A stretch of 25,206 nucleotides of DNA from a virus (taxonomy: Duplodnaviria; Caudoviricetes): IMG/VR virus record IMGVR_UViG_3300031999_000176, positions 1 through 25,206 of that record; one strand, given 5' to 3'. A program made the position numbers and the translations under genes. The notes under the pieces are model-generated. The model was not told where the DNA came from and did no database searches. It saw only the letters and a program-made list of their open reading frames with translations. Positions 1-8,247 of this stretch are shown one piece after another (position 1 is the first letter of the stretch; each line of letters starts with the position of its first letter).

Positions 1-114
1 ACACAAGAAAAAGCGTTAAAAATGGCTATGGACTTGCTTGATGAGGGTAAAGAGGAAGTGACCATTGTTAATATGGAAAGTTATATTAAAGAAAGGGAAA
101 GTGATGAAGACTGA
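1..114 (+). CDS. 3' end of a small phage hypothetical protein (partial)
   Basis: Open frame from base 1 (TQEKALKMAMDLLDEGKEEVTIVNMESYIKERESDED*) to TGA at 112-114, overlapping the next start. Confidence 0.55.
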   Translation, partial: TQEKALKMAMDLLDEGKEEVTIVNMESYIKERESDED

Positions 115-259
115 TTTAGATAAAGCAAAGCATTTCTTTAGATACAATTATTATCAATGGGAAACACCTAGAACTTTGAGAGAGGCTATGCGTTATTCAT
201 TGGTGAAAGCTTGGAGAAAGCAAAATTCTGATGTTAAACAAACCGAGGGGGCAGTATGA
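104..259 (+). CDS. small phage hypothetical protein
   Basis: SD-like GAAAGGGA at 91-98 precedes GTG101/ATG104; more plausible start than TTG65; ATGA overlap with next gene. Confidence 0.65.
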   Translation: MKTDLDKAKHFFRYNYYQWETPRTLREAMRYSLVKAWRKQNSDVKQTEGAV

Positions 260-444
260 ACAGAGAAGAAATGATTGAAAAGCTTGTTAATGACGATATC
301 TCTACTATACAGAGTGCAATGTATGTAGATGATACCGAATATTTATGTAATATACTTAAGTATGGTATAGGTTATGATAATCAGAACATTGAGGATATTA
401 AATTAGAATTTGAAAGTAGAACATGGGAGGACGAGGAACTATGA
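256..444 (+). CDS. small acidic phage hypothetical protein
   Basis: SD GAGGGG at 245-250; ATGA overlaps at both ends. Confidence 0.75.
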   Translation: MNREEMIEKLVNDDISTIQSAMYVDDTEYLCNILKYGIGYDNQNIEDIKLEFESRTWEDEEL

Positions 445-704
445 ACATTTTTGAGGAAATAGAAAGAAATACAAGAATGACATATCAACACAGAAAGGAA
501 TTGTCTCAACGAGGCAATGATATTTTGCAAGGTGTGTTATGTGCTATGCAGTTAGCTGAGGAAATAGAGGGTGTTGAGGGTCAAGACTATATAAACCTTA
601 TGGGTGAAATAGGCAAAGAGGCTTCTCAACGCATTGTGAACTTTATATCATGGCATGATGAGCATTTAAGACAACAAGACGAGGAGAATGATCGTGCAAA
701 TTAA
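441..704 (+). CDS. phage hypothetical protein
   Basis: GAGGA SD before ATG441 (in frame with track ORF 423..704); ATGA overlap. Confidence 0.75.
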   Translation: MNIFEEIERNTRMTYQHRKELSQRGNDILQGVLCAMQLAEEIEGVEGQDYINLMGEIGKEASQRIVNFISWHDEHLRQQDEENDRAN

Positions 705-918
705 ACCTTATTTGTTAGCAGAAATGGCTTTAGAAGTGGCAAGATTTACACCCGATGACGATAAGTCTCAATCAACAAGACCTAGAGCAGAATGGCGATG
801 GAGTGTTGTAGATAAGGCTATGGAGATTATTTCAGAGTGTGGTGTTGATGGTGACTCGGAGGATTTAGACGAGATCGTTCATAATTATTTGTGTGCAGAA
901 GAGGGGTTTGGTGAATAA
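688..918 (+). CDS. phage hypothetical protein
   Basis: GAGGAG SD just upstream; TAATG coupling to next gene. Confidence 0.7.
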   Translation: MIVQIKPYLLAEMALEVARFTPDDDKSQSTRPRAEWRWSVVDKAMEIISECGVDGDSEDLDEIVHNYLCAEEGFGE

Positions 919-1307
919 TGGGTAGATACTATCAAGGTGATATAGAGGGTAAGTTTTGGTTTGGTGTTCAAGCTAGTGATGATGCAGAGTTTTTTGGTGC
1001 GAAAGCATACGAGCCTAGTAGTATTGATTACCATGTAGATGACATTGAAGAAGTAGATAAGGGGCTTGATATGTGTATTTTAAACCTAGGTGCGAACAAG
1101 GAAAGGCTAGATAAATTCTTTGACTCACTAACGCATGGATACAATGATGAGATGCTCATTAAGCATTATAAAGATAAGCATAAACTTACCATTGACGAAG
1201 ATTTTGTCATGAAGATGCTTACATGGTATGCTAGGCTTGATTTAGGTGAGAAAATTAAAAAGTGTATGGTAGAAAAGGGTCATTGTGAATTTAACGCAGA
1301 ACTATAA
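918..1307 (+). CDS. phage hypothetical protein (MGRYYxGDIEGKFWFGVQxSDDA type)
   Basis: 129 aa ORF with GAGGGG SD; N-terminal motif resembles a recurrent phage early-gene family (recollection, not searched). Confidence 0.8.
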   Translation: MGRYYQGDIEGKFWFGVQASDDAEFFGAKAYEPSSIDYHVDDIEEVDKGLDMCILNLGANKERLDKFFDSLTHGYNDEMLIKHYKDKHKLTIDEDFVMKMLTWYARLDLGEKIKKCMVEKGHCEFNAEL

Positions 1308-1359
1308 GTGATACCCGATAGCATTCTTTGGAGTGCTATCTGATTATCATTTGATAATC
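1308..1359 (+). other. intergenic long hairpin plus overlapping palindrome (RNA processing site or operator)
   Basis: GATAGCATTC-TTTG-GAGTGCTATC (1317-1340, one G.U on +), extendable by GTGATA/TATCAT; overlapping GATTATCA-TT-TGATAATC (1342-1359). Confidence 0.5.
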
Positions 1360-1375
1360 TTAACTTGAGGAGTTA

Positions 1376-1591
1376 ATGATGAAGAAGTATGAAGTAAGAA
1401 TACCAAGATCGGTAAGAATGATTGAATGGGAAACTATTGTTGTCATGGGTAAAGATGAGGTTGATGCTATTGATAATGCTTTACGCTATGAGAATGTAGT
1501 TGGTGGCTCTCAATGGGAAGAAGAAGATCACGAAACCATTGAGCGTTTTGATGATGAGATTGAAATAAGGGAGATTGAAAATGGGTTATAG
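1376..1591 (+). CDS. small acidic phage hypothetical protein
   Basis: GAGGAG SD at 1367-1372; start ATG1376 or ATG1379. Confidence 0.8.
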   Translation: MMKKYEVRIPRSVRMIEWETIVVMGKDEVDAIDNALRYENVVGGSQWEEEDHETIERFDDEIEIREIENGL

Positions 1592-1952
1592 AAGCCAAGT
1601 AAAAAGTGTTGTGTATCAAACAAACGATAAGTTTGTGAAGTTTGTAAACGATTATGTAGATGAGATTGAATATCTTACACAAGAGTTTAGTATTCGTTAT
1701 GCCACTAAGGGAGATTACAAAGTTTTGTATATAGACTTTGATGAGATCAAGTGGTATGACTCATTCCCCGAAGTGATAGCATGGAAAAAGTTTTTATCTG
1801 ATGCTGAGGCAGAGGGTATGCACTATGAGTTTGTAAGGTTGGGCGAGGACGACTCTGATGTGGAGATAGACTATGGCACTAATGATAGTGGAAACTACAT
1901 ATTAGAGTTAGAGAGACATATTAAAACAAGTTGTTTTCTTAAATTAGACTAA
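1581..1952 (+). CDS. phage hypothetical protein (MGYRSxV...WYDSxPEV...FxRxGE type)
   Basis: AAGGGAG SD before ATG1581; motif pattern resembles a recurrent phage family. Confidence 0.8.
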   Translation: MGYRSQVKSVVYQTNDKFVKFVNDYVDEIEYLTQEFSIRYATKGDYKVLYIDFDEIKWYDSFPEVIAWKKFLSDAEAEGMHYEFVRLGEDDSDVEIDYGTNDSGNYILELERHIKTSCFLKLD

Positions 1953-1962
1953 GGAGAGAGAA

Positions 1963-2151
1963 ATGTTCGGATTACAATATAAGAACTATTTAATCAATAA
2001 TAGTTATAGTTTTACGGGTAAGACCATGTATTACCATGTATGGAAGTTATACGAGGGCGAGATGATTGATCTATGGGGTGATAAATTTAGATCAGTTAGA
2101 CAAGCAAAACAATTTATAGATAACGAGGGAGAAAGCAATGAAACGATTTAG
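1963..2151 (+). CDS. phage hypothetical protein
   Basis: AAGGAG SD at 1951-1956. Confidence 0.75.
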   Translation: MFGLQYKNYLINNSYSFTGKTMYYHVWKLYEGEMIDLWGDKFRSVRQAKQFIDNEGESNETI

Positions 2152-2359
2152 TATAACCATACCCGAAAAAAGAGAAGAGGTTGTAATGGTTAATTGGGAG
2201 ATTGAAGCTGAAAGTGAAGAGGCTATTAAAGAAATGTTTGAAGAGGGAACATTTTTTGAGAATGCTGAATACATTGAAACCAATGATAGTCGTTGGGGCT
2301 TTGAAGTAATAGATCAATACATTGATCAAGCTGAGATTGAGGAGATAGGCGATGAGTAA
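2138..2359 (+). CDS. highly acidic small phage protein
   Basis: GAGGGAG SD; about 23 D/E versus 6 K/R in 73 aa. Confidence 0.75.
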   Translation: MKRFSITIPEKREEVVMVNWEIEAESEEAIKEMFEEGTFFENAEYIETNDSRWGFEVIDQYIDQAEIEEIGDE

Positions 2360-2546
2360 TTTATATGGTGAAGAATACGCAAAAGTCGTATGGAGGGCAG
2401 AAGATGTGCAATCTATCAATGGTGCGTGGTCATTAGAAAGATGTGAAGAATGGCTACAAGACAATGAAAGGCATATCTCTGATAGATTAATTGAGTTAGG
2501 TTGGGAGGTTATTGATGTTTTATTAAGGGAGGCAAGTGATGACTAA
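2352..2546 (+). CDS. phage hypothetical protein
   Basis: GGAG SD; overlaps neighbours in a tight operon. Confidence 0.75.
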   Translation: MSNLYGEEYAKVVWRAEDVQSINGAWSLERCEEWLQDNERHISDRLIELGWEVIDVLLREASDD

Positions 2547-2838
2547 TATCTATGTCAATGAAGAAACTGGTAAGAAAATTAGGGTTTATCAACGCAAAAT
2601 AGTTCATGTATATGACCATGAAGACACGAGAGATTTACTTGACTTTAGAGATACAGAAGAGGGTGTTGCTCAATGGTGTTATGAGAATGCAGATGATTTT
2701 GATGATAACTTTGATGCTATTGAAGAGGCTTACAATAAGGAAAGATGGAGTGATGTTATTGAATTAACTAATTGTAGGCATTGCAATTATGAGTATGAGG
2801 AAGAGTGGGTTGTTGAACATATAGAGGAGAAAGAATAA
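2536..2838 (+). CDS. acidic phage hypothetical protein
   Basis: AAGGGAGG SD; GTG2536/ATG2539 start; TAATG coupling to next gene. Confidence 0.75.
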   Translation: MMTNIYVNEETGKKIRVYQRKIVHVYDHEDTRDLLDFRDTEEGVAQWCYENADDFDDNFDAIEEAYNKERWSDVIELTNCRHCNYEYEEEWVVEHIEEKE

Positions 2839-3149
2839 TGGCTTACGAAGTGCAAGAGAATTGTTTGTTTGGTGGTTGGACTAATACATGGTCATATGAA
2901 GATGACAATGGGGTGACCATACCGACTATATTTGATACAAGGGAAGATGCAGAGGCAGAGTTAGATTGGTTCTTTCAAGAGATGCAAGAGGCTTTTGAGA
3001 GTGGCAATATGACAGATGTTCCCGATCACTACGATTTTAGAATAGTAGAAATCACACCAAAGGAAGATAACGACTTCTATCATGTTCAAGCTGAACACGA
3101 GTCAATGCTCATAGATAAAGAGCTTGAAGCGTGGGTCAGAACACTATAA
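2838..3149 (+). CDS. acidic phage hypothetical protein
   Basis: GAGGAG SD; contains FDTREDAEAEL, a pattern common in small phage proteins. Confidence 0.75.
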   Translation: MAYEVQENCLFGGWTNTWSYEDDNGVTIPTIFDTREDAEAELDWFFQEMQEAFESGNMTDVPDHYDFRIVEITPKEDNDFYHVQAEHESMLIDKELEAWVRTL

Positions 3150-3167
3150 ATTAAGCAAAATACTACC

Positions 3168-3226
3168 ATTATACCATAGATAAAAACCCTTGTAAGCTAT
3201 GTGGCACAAGGGTTTCGTGGCATTAT
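3168..3226. promoter_or_regulatory. inverted repeat flanked by outward-facing extended -10 elements
   Basis: AAACCCTTGT (3184-3193) / ACAAGGGTTT (3206-3215); TGG-TATAAT on - strand (3176-3168); TGG-CATTAT on + strand (3218-3226). Confidence 0.45.
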
Positions 3227-3254
3227 GGTCGTTCCTAAACAACAAGGAGACTAT

Positions 3255-3635
3255 ATGTTAGGATTAGATTTGGCTAGCACTTGCCTAGCCTATGTATTAT
3301 TTGGAGAGGCGGGAAACAATTTCCACAATCAAGCAGCGGTATATAATGTGGTTATGAATAGGGCAAAAACAATAGAAAAGGTATGCGATGTGGTTTACGA
3401 ACCAAAACAATTTGAGTATATTAGCCTCATGCAAAAAGGACAGATGCGTGAACCTAGTAGAAAAGAATTGCTAGAAAATAAATTGCTAGCCTTAAAATTT
3501 CTTACTAAACAAAAGGGTTATACTTACAATCCAGTTGGTCGGGCTAAGTTCTTCCATGACTCAAGGATACACCCCACAAGAAATGTGTTTAATAAACCTT
3601 TGTTAGCACAAGTCAATAATCTTTATTTCTATTAA
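3255..3635 (+). CDS. cell wall hydrolase, SleB/Hydrolase_2 family (lytic transglycosylase-like)
   Basis: CLAxxxxGEA (catalytic Glu), AVxNVVMNR, VCDVVYEPKQF, AxFFH motifs; AAGGAG SD before ATG3255. Confidence 0.85.
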   Translation: MLGLDLASTCLAYVLFGEAGNNFHNQAAVYNVVMNRAKTIEKVCDVVYEPKQFEYISLMQKGQMREPSRKELLENKLLALKFLTKQKGYTYNPVGRAKFFHDSRIHPTRNVFNKPLLAQVNNLYFY

Positions 3636-4465
3636 AGACCATATAAGGCTTTCTTTAATTCTTGGGAAGCCTTAAAATCTCCATTAAGAATATGAAAATC
3701 ATTGAAATCTTGCCCGATTGTATCGGACATCCAATAACGCTTGCCTATGTTAATAGCGGTTTTTTCGCCAATTCCGTTGGTATCATTGTCAGCGATGACG
3801 AGTCCACCCTTAATGCTCCCCGCTATCAGCTTCATATTGGATGCACTGAAACAAACATAAATACAATACTTGATATTGCTAGCTTTCAAGACTTGCCTTA
3901 CGGAGAGAGCGGTCGCATAACCCTCGCAGAAAAAGGGCATGCCTTTTGCGTCAAAGGTAAAGACTGCGTTCTTAGTCGTTTGACCATAGAGGAACTTCTT
4001 ATCCCCATTGCTTTGGATGAGTTGGCAACCAACCAATCTTCTGTCAATAGACATTGGGATGACAAGTAAAGGTTCTCCGTCTTTCATCCATACATTACCT
4101 GTCTCATTAGGAAAACCCTTGCTAGTGAGATAGGGGTGTGTGTCTAGTTTAGTTTGTTTCATGATCCATCCCGCCTTGGAAGATGCTTTATCCTTTTTAA
4201 CATTGTTCTCTATGTCAGTAAGTGCATTCCATAACTTATTTATATCATTCTTAGGCTTCTCTTTAATAGCGTTGATACCTTGGGCAAACCATACTGCTGG
4301 CTTATCCATGGTGGCAAAGTTCATAACAAACCCTACATCACCTAGAAACTTGTAAGAGCCATTAGTCTTCTTAGGTTTGTCTTCTGTGGGAACTCGTATA
4401 GATCTGTTCATGACTACATTATTGATAATGAGTCCGTGTATCCTAGCAAAGTCTTCAAAGTTCAT
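3632..4465 (-). CDS. DNA primase, TOPRIM domain (TraC/P4-alpha-like)
   Basis: HPYLxxKG, GCQxIxxxGxKKF, CEGYATALS, ADND, DFND motifs. Confidence 0.85.
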   Translation of the reverse strand: MNFEDFARIHGLIINNVVMNRSIRVPTEDKPKKTNGSYKFLGDVGFVMNFATMDKPAVWFAQGINAIKEKPKNDINKLWNALTDIENNVKKDKASSKAGWIMKQTKLDTHPYLTSKGFPNETGNVWMKDGEPLLVIPMSIDRRLVGCQLIQSNGDKKFLYGQTTKNAVFTFDAKGMPFFCEGYATALSVRQVLKASNIKYCIYVCFSASNMKLIAGSIKGGLVIADNDTNGIGEKTAINIGKRYWMSDTIGQDFNDFHILNGDFKASQELKKALYGL

Positions 4466-4920
4466 TTGATCTCCATAAACTTGAGTAATTTAGTAGGACA
4501 TACATAAAAGTCTTGTGTAAGGTTTTCGTATCTCTTATCTTTATAAGTCTTTACAGACCAATCCTTTATAGTGTCAGCTTTTAATACTGCTAGATGTGTT
4601 CTTGCCTTATTGAGATATACATACATGTATGGTTTGGGGTTTGCAATGTCGTATGAGTGCTTGGCACAGACCATGAACTGCTCTTTAAAAGGCCAATCTT
4701 CAGCACTTGTGAACTCAGCACCTAGCCCTTTGACTTCTACCCTTTGACTTAAGTATAAATCTCCAGAGTCTATATGATCTCTCCATTCCTTATGACTCTT
4801 AGCTTTGCTTGTTGTATTTACTTGAACGATACTACCATGCTTAACAAACCACCTAGCTACTTGCCATACTGCATCATGGCTCTGATCTAAATGGTTCATG
4901 AACTTATTGAAATCACTCAC
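4462..4920 (-). CDS. hypothetical protein, possible PD-(D/E)XK nuclease fold
   Basis: GDL...VEVK motif; translationally coupled between helicase and primase. Confidence 0.55.
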   Translation of the reverse strand: MSDFNKFMNHLDQSHDAVWQVARWFVKHGSIVQVNTTSKAKSHKEWRDHIDSGDLYLSQRVEVKGLGAEFTSAEDWPFKEQFMVCAKHSYDIANPKPYMYVYLNKARTHLAVLKADTIKDWSVKTYKDKRYENLTQDFYVCPTKLLKFMEIK

Positions 4921-6401
4921 GCTACTCTCCTATTACGATTAGATTTACTATATGCTATGTTTCTATGCTTCACCCAATTCAATGTCTTAATACTAGGTTC
5001 TTTTGGCATAGCACTTAGCTTCCTCGGCCATACTCCAAACTTTTCCCTATACTTATGACTTGCCCAATTAACACTATACTTCTTACTATTGGCTATATAT
5101 ACAAGTTCTGAATAGAATGCTTGTCGCTCTTCATATGCTTGCCTACCATTCATACCAATCTCGTGCATCTCACCCGCTAACGCAGCGAATTGAGGGCGCT
5201 TTCTAATGTATCCACACTCGCCACATTCCTCAGCTTTATGCACCCATAAGGCTTCACATGACGGACACTTAGATTCTGTTTTAATTCGTTCAGTAGGTTC
5301 TTTCTTGGTCTTCTCTATGGTTTCTTCGTTAAGTTTACTAACACCTACTTGATATACTTCCTCCCAATCATCACGGAAACGGATGTAATTGCCCGAATGA
5401 TCTAACCATAGGGCAAATTCTTTTGAGTGGTGTGGTCTCATGACCCTACCTAATTGTTGAATATGGGAACTTAATGACTTGCTGAAAGGTCTAGCTGATA
5501 CTCCTATCTTAACATCTGGGACATCAAACCCTCGTGTTAATATGTCGGTAGCTATAAGACCATGGATGGTTGAGTCTGGCTTACTAAATTCTTCAATAGC
5601 CTCTTTCTTGAAGTCGCTTGTTTCCTTATAAGATACAGATACAAAGTTGTATCCTTTCTCGGCAAACTGCTTTACTAAGTCTTGACCATGGGCGACTCCC
5701 GCACAGAAGACAATAGTCTTTTCTGGCTTGCCGAATATCTCATGAGTTTTCTTAATCCATTCTTGAACGATGTCTCCAGTTAATTTCATGCCACGCTCTG
5801 TCACTACATCGGAAGACCATTCACCCGCTATCTTTTTAGCCCCTGTCATGTCTATCTCTTTAGCTATATAGACTTTGATTGGTGCTAGCCACTTGTTAAT
5901 AACTAATTGCTCTGTCGTTGAACCACATACTACATTGGTGTATATGTTCCCTAATCCTTTGGTAAATGGTGTGGCGGTTAAACCTACTACCTTAAGCTTG
6001 GGATTGTTCTTAATTAAATCTGTAATTTGTTTTCTTGCTATGTGACATTCATCTACGATAAGTAAATCAATGTTTGGGAAGTCTTGCCTACGCTCTAATG
6101 TTTGTGATGAGCATACTTGAATACGCTCTGATGTATTATACTTCCAATGATTTGCTTGGTGAACTCCGTGATGGATATTGTATTTATCAAGCCTACCACT
6201 TGTTTGATCTACTAATACAATACGATCTAAAATCATTGCTGATCTGAATTCTTTGTTTGCTGATGCTTGCATAAGGTAGATTGCTACCTCAGTCTTACCG
6301 AACCCAGTTGGTGCATATAACAACTGACATCTATTACCCTCTTTAAAACCTTGTCTCAGCTTATCAATAACAGATAGCTGATGCTCACGCAACTCTAACA
6401 T
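4917..6401 (-). CDS. superfamily 2 DNA helicase (RadD/UvsW-like) with C-terminal Zn ribbon
   Basis: APTGFGKT, DECH, TATP, RGFD, QQLGRVMR; CPSC...CGEC; AAGGAG SD. Confidence 0.92.
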   Translation of the reverse strand: MLELREHQLSVIDKLRQGFKEGNRCQLLYAPTGFGKTEVAIYLMQASANKEFRSAMILDRIVLVDQTSGRLDKYNIHHGVHQANHWKYNTSERIQVCSSQTLERRQDFPNIDLLIVDECHIARKQITDLIKNNPKLKVVGLTATPFTKGLGNIYTNVVCGSTTEQLVINKWLAPIKVYIAKEIDMTGAKKIAGEWSSDVVTERGMKLTGDIVQEWIKKTHEIFGKPEKTIVFCAGVAHGQDLVKQFAEKGYNFVSVSYKETSDFKKEAIEEFSKPDSTIHGLIATDILTRGFDVPDVKIGVSARPFSKSLSSHIQQLGRVMRPHHSKEFALWLDHSGNYIRFRDDWEEVYQVGVSKLNEETIEKTKKEPTERIKTESKCPSCEALWVHKAEECGECGYIRKRPQFAALAGEMHEIGMNGRQAYEERQAFYSELVYIANSKKYSVNWASHKYREKFGVWPRKLSAMPKEPSIKTLNWVKHRNIAYSKSNRNRRVA

Positions 6402-6441
6402 ACTTCTCCTTAATATCCAGACAACCCTCTGGCTTGGGTAA

Positions 6442-6732
6442 CTAAACTTGTAGTTTTCTTTTTAATGAACTGATAGTCTTAAGTAGTTCAGCATTTCTAT
6501 TCTGAAACATATCACGACTATCTCTTAGTGCTTGATTATCTATTTCTAGTATATCTATCTTTACATCTTTTTCTTTGAGTATGGATATTACATAGTCTTG
6601 TTCAAACTCTGTGGCATCCCATGCTTTTGCTGCTATGATATCGTTAGCTTTACGCAACTCTTCTGACACCTCATATAGCGTATCAGAGAGTTCACGAATT
6701 TTGGACTCTAATTCTTGTATATCTTCTGGCAC
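6442..6732 (-). CDS. coiled-coil phage hypothetical protein
   Basis: GAGG SD before GTG start; heptad-like Leu/Glu/Lys-rich sequence. Confidence 0.7.
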   Translation of the reverse strand: MPEDIQELESKIRELSDTLYEVSEELRKANDIIAAKAWDATEFEQDYVISILKEKDVKIDILEIDNQALRDSRDMFQNRNAELLKTISSLKRKLQV

Positions 6733-6758
6733 TTTAATTTCCTCATTTATAATTCTAT

Positions 6759-6790
6759 TCCAAACCTATCATTAGATAAATAGGTATGGA
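6759..6790. other. intergenic imperfect hairpin
   Basis: TCCA-A-ACCTAT ... ATAGGT-A-TGGA directly after the methyltransferase stop; no clear U tract. Confidence 0.3.
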
Positions 6791-7945
6791 TTAAATTTTC
6801 CCCTTGACTTCTTCTATTCTTTTTCCAATCCAACGCATACAAGGGACTGCCATAGAATTACCAATAGCTTTATATCTAGGGCCATCGGGAGTATCTTTGT
6901 CTTTCAGTCTTATGTCTGTATAGTTATCTGGAAAGCCTTGGAGTCTTTCACATTCAATAGGAGTTAATCTTCTAACTGCCATAGGTTGAGCAATGAAAGT
7001 TTGTGCATGATGAGATTGCACTGAGGGTCTTAAAGCTTGTAGTGCGGGTGTGACTTTAAGTGGTGTTGCATTAAATGTATTAGCCTTTGCATCTTCACGG
7101 ATTGAATACGCACTAACTAATGGAACATTACCGCCTCCCGTTCCCCATCGTGAAGTAACGGTCTGACATACATCTCCCATTTCTTTTACACGACTATCTG
7201 CGGGATGTGTTTCATAAACGATAGGTTCTAGTATTAAACCTCTACCATCTTTTAAATCTTGATTGCCTATACCTTTGTAGTCTCTTGCTAAAAGTGTGCC
7301 AATGGTATTATTTCCATCGGGGGATCTAGCTTGACTCCGTTCTCCAACGCTTGTTTTAATTGTGGAGGAAGCTCTTTGTTTCGGACTTGCGCTCTTCTCA
7401 ATATTCCATGGCAAGCTTTCCCGCTCAAAAAGAACCTCTGCGGTAGGTCTCCAGTCTCCAAGATGTCCAACAACGAAGACTCTTCTGCGTCTTTGTGGAA
7501 CTCCGAAGTATTTAGCGTCAAGCACCCGATAGCTGAACCCATACCCGCATTCTGCCACCGCTCCGAGAAAGGAACCAAAGTCCCGTCCACCGTTGGAACT
7601 GAGGACACCTGGGACATTTTCCCATATGAACCACTTGGGTCTAAAGTGGTCAAGAAGTCCCACATAGGTGAGGGCAAGGTTGCCTCTTGGGTCTTCAAGT
7701 CCTTTTCTGAGTCCAGCGACTGAGAATGATTGACATGGTGTTCCTCCAACAATAAGTTCAACTGATTCAAGATTCCACTCCTTATATTTAGTCATGTCAC
7801 CATAGTTAGTGACATCTGGATAGTGGTGACTCAATACCGCAGATGGAAATTTCTCTATTTCTGAGAAGCCTAATGGTTGCCAACCTAAATCATGCCATGC
7901 AACCGTGGCTGCTTCTATGCCACTACATACTGATAGATACCTCAT
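6791..7945 (-). CDS. C5 DNA cytosine methyltransferase (orphan)
   Basis: Motif I variant CSGIEA, GGTPCQSFS (IV), ENV (VI), QRRRR (VIII), RRLTPIECERLQGFP (IX), GNS (X). Confidence 0.95.
   Translation of the reverse strand: MRYLSVCSGIEAATVAWHDLGWQPLGFSEIEKFPSAVLSHHYPDVTNYGDMTKYKEWNLESVELIVGGTPCQSFSVAGLRKGLEDPRGNLALTYVGLLDHFRPKWFIWENVPGVLSSNGGRDFGSFLGAVAECGYGFSYRVLDAKYFGVPQRRRRVFVVGHLGDWRPTAEVLFERESLPWNIEKSASPKQRASSTIKTSVGERSQARSPDGNNTIGTLLARDYKGIGNQDLKDGRGLILEPIVYETHPADSRVKEMGDVCQTVTSRWGTGGGNVPLVSAYSIREDAKANTFNATPLKVTPALQALRPSVQSHHAQTFIAQPMAVRRLTPIECERLQGFPDNYTDIRLKDKDTPDGPRYKAIGNSMAVPCMRWIGKRIEEVKGKI
7288..7770 (-). CDS. nested alternative-frame gene in the methyltransferase, M.EcoHK31I beta-polypeptide-like
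   Basis: 160 aa same-strand ORF in another frame; AAGGAG (7783-7778) 7 nt before TTG; C-terminal SSLLDILE...FLSGKACHGILRRA...LPPQLKQAL. Confidence 0.65.
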   Translation of the reverse strand: MNQLNLLLEEHHVNHSQSLDSEKDLKTQEATLPSPMWDFLTTLDPSGSYGKMSQVSSVPTVDGTLVPFSERWQNAGMGSAIGCLTLNTSEFHKDAEESSLLDILETGDLPQRFFLSGKACHGILRRAQVRNKELPPQLKQALENGVKLDPPMEIIPLAHF

Positions 7946-8222
7946 TGTTCTTTCCCTCGTTATTTTTGATTTTCCCTTTATTTCTACATGAATTAGCTCT
8001 GCTTGATATATCGTTAGGAACTTTGATTGCCTTTGCGTTCTTTAACTTATAAAACATATGCTTTGATATACCAAAATGATCTAATACATCTTTACGGAAT
8101 AAGGGCTTTTTTTCAGTAAAAAAGTTATTTACTTTAGTTGCAAGCTCTAGTTCCTCTTTAGATAAGTTATGTGTATTTGTATTAGAATACTGACCTTCCA
8201 CATAATTTATTAAGTTCATCAT
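7923..8222 (-). CDS. phage hypothetical protein, possibly DNA-binding
   Basis: AAGGGG SD; RKDVLDHFGISKHMFYKL is HTH-like. Confidence 0.6.
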   Translation of the reverse strand: MMNLINYVEGQYSNTNTHNLSKEELELATKVNNFFTEKKPLFRKDVLDHFGISKHMFYKLKNAKAIKVPNDISSRANSCRNKGKIKNNEGKNNEVSISM

Positions 8223-8247
8223 ACCGTTACCCCTTTCTTTAACTACC

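Noticed and set aside
1467-2464. - strand track ORFs 1467..1682, 2092..2283, 2114..2464
   Set aside because: Antisense shadows of SD-bearing + strand genes; no SDs or recognisable motifs
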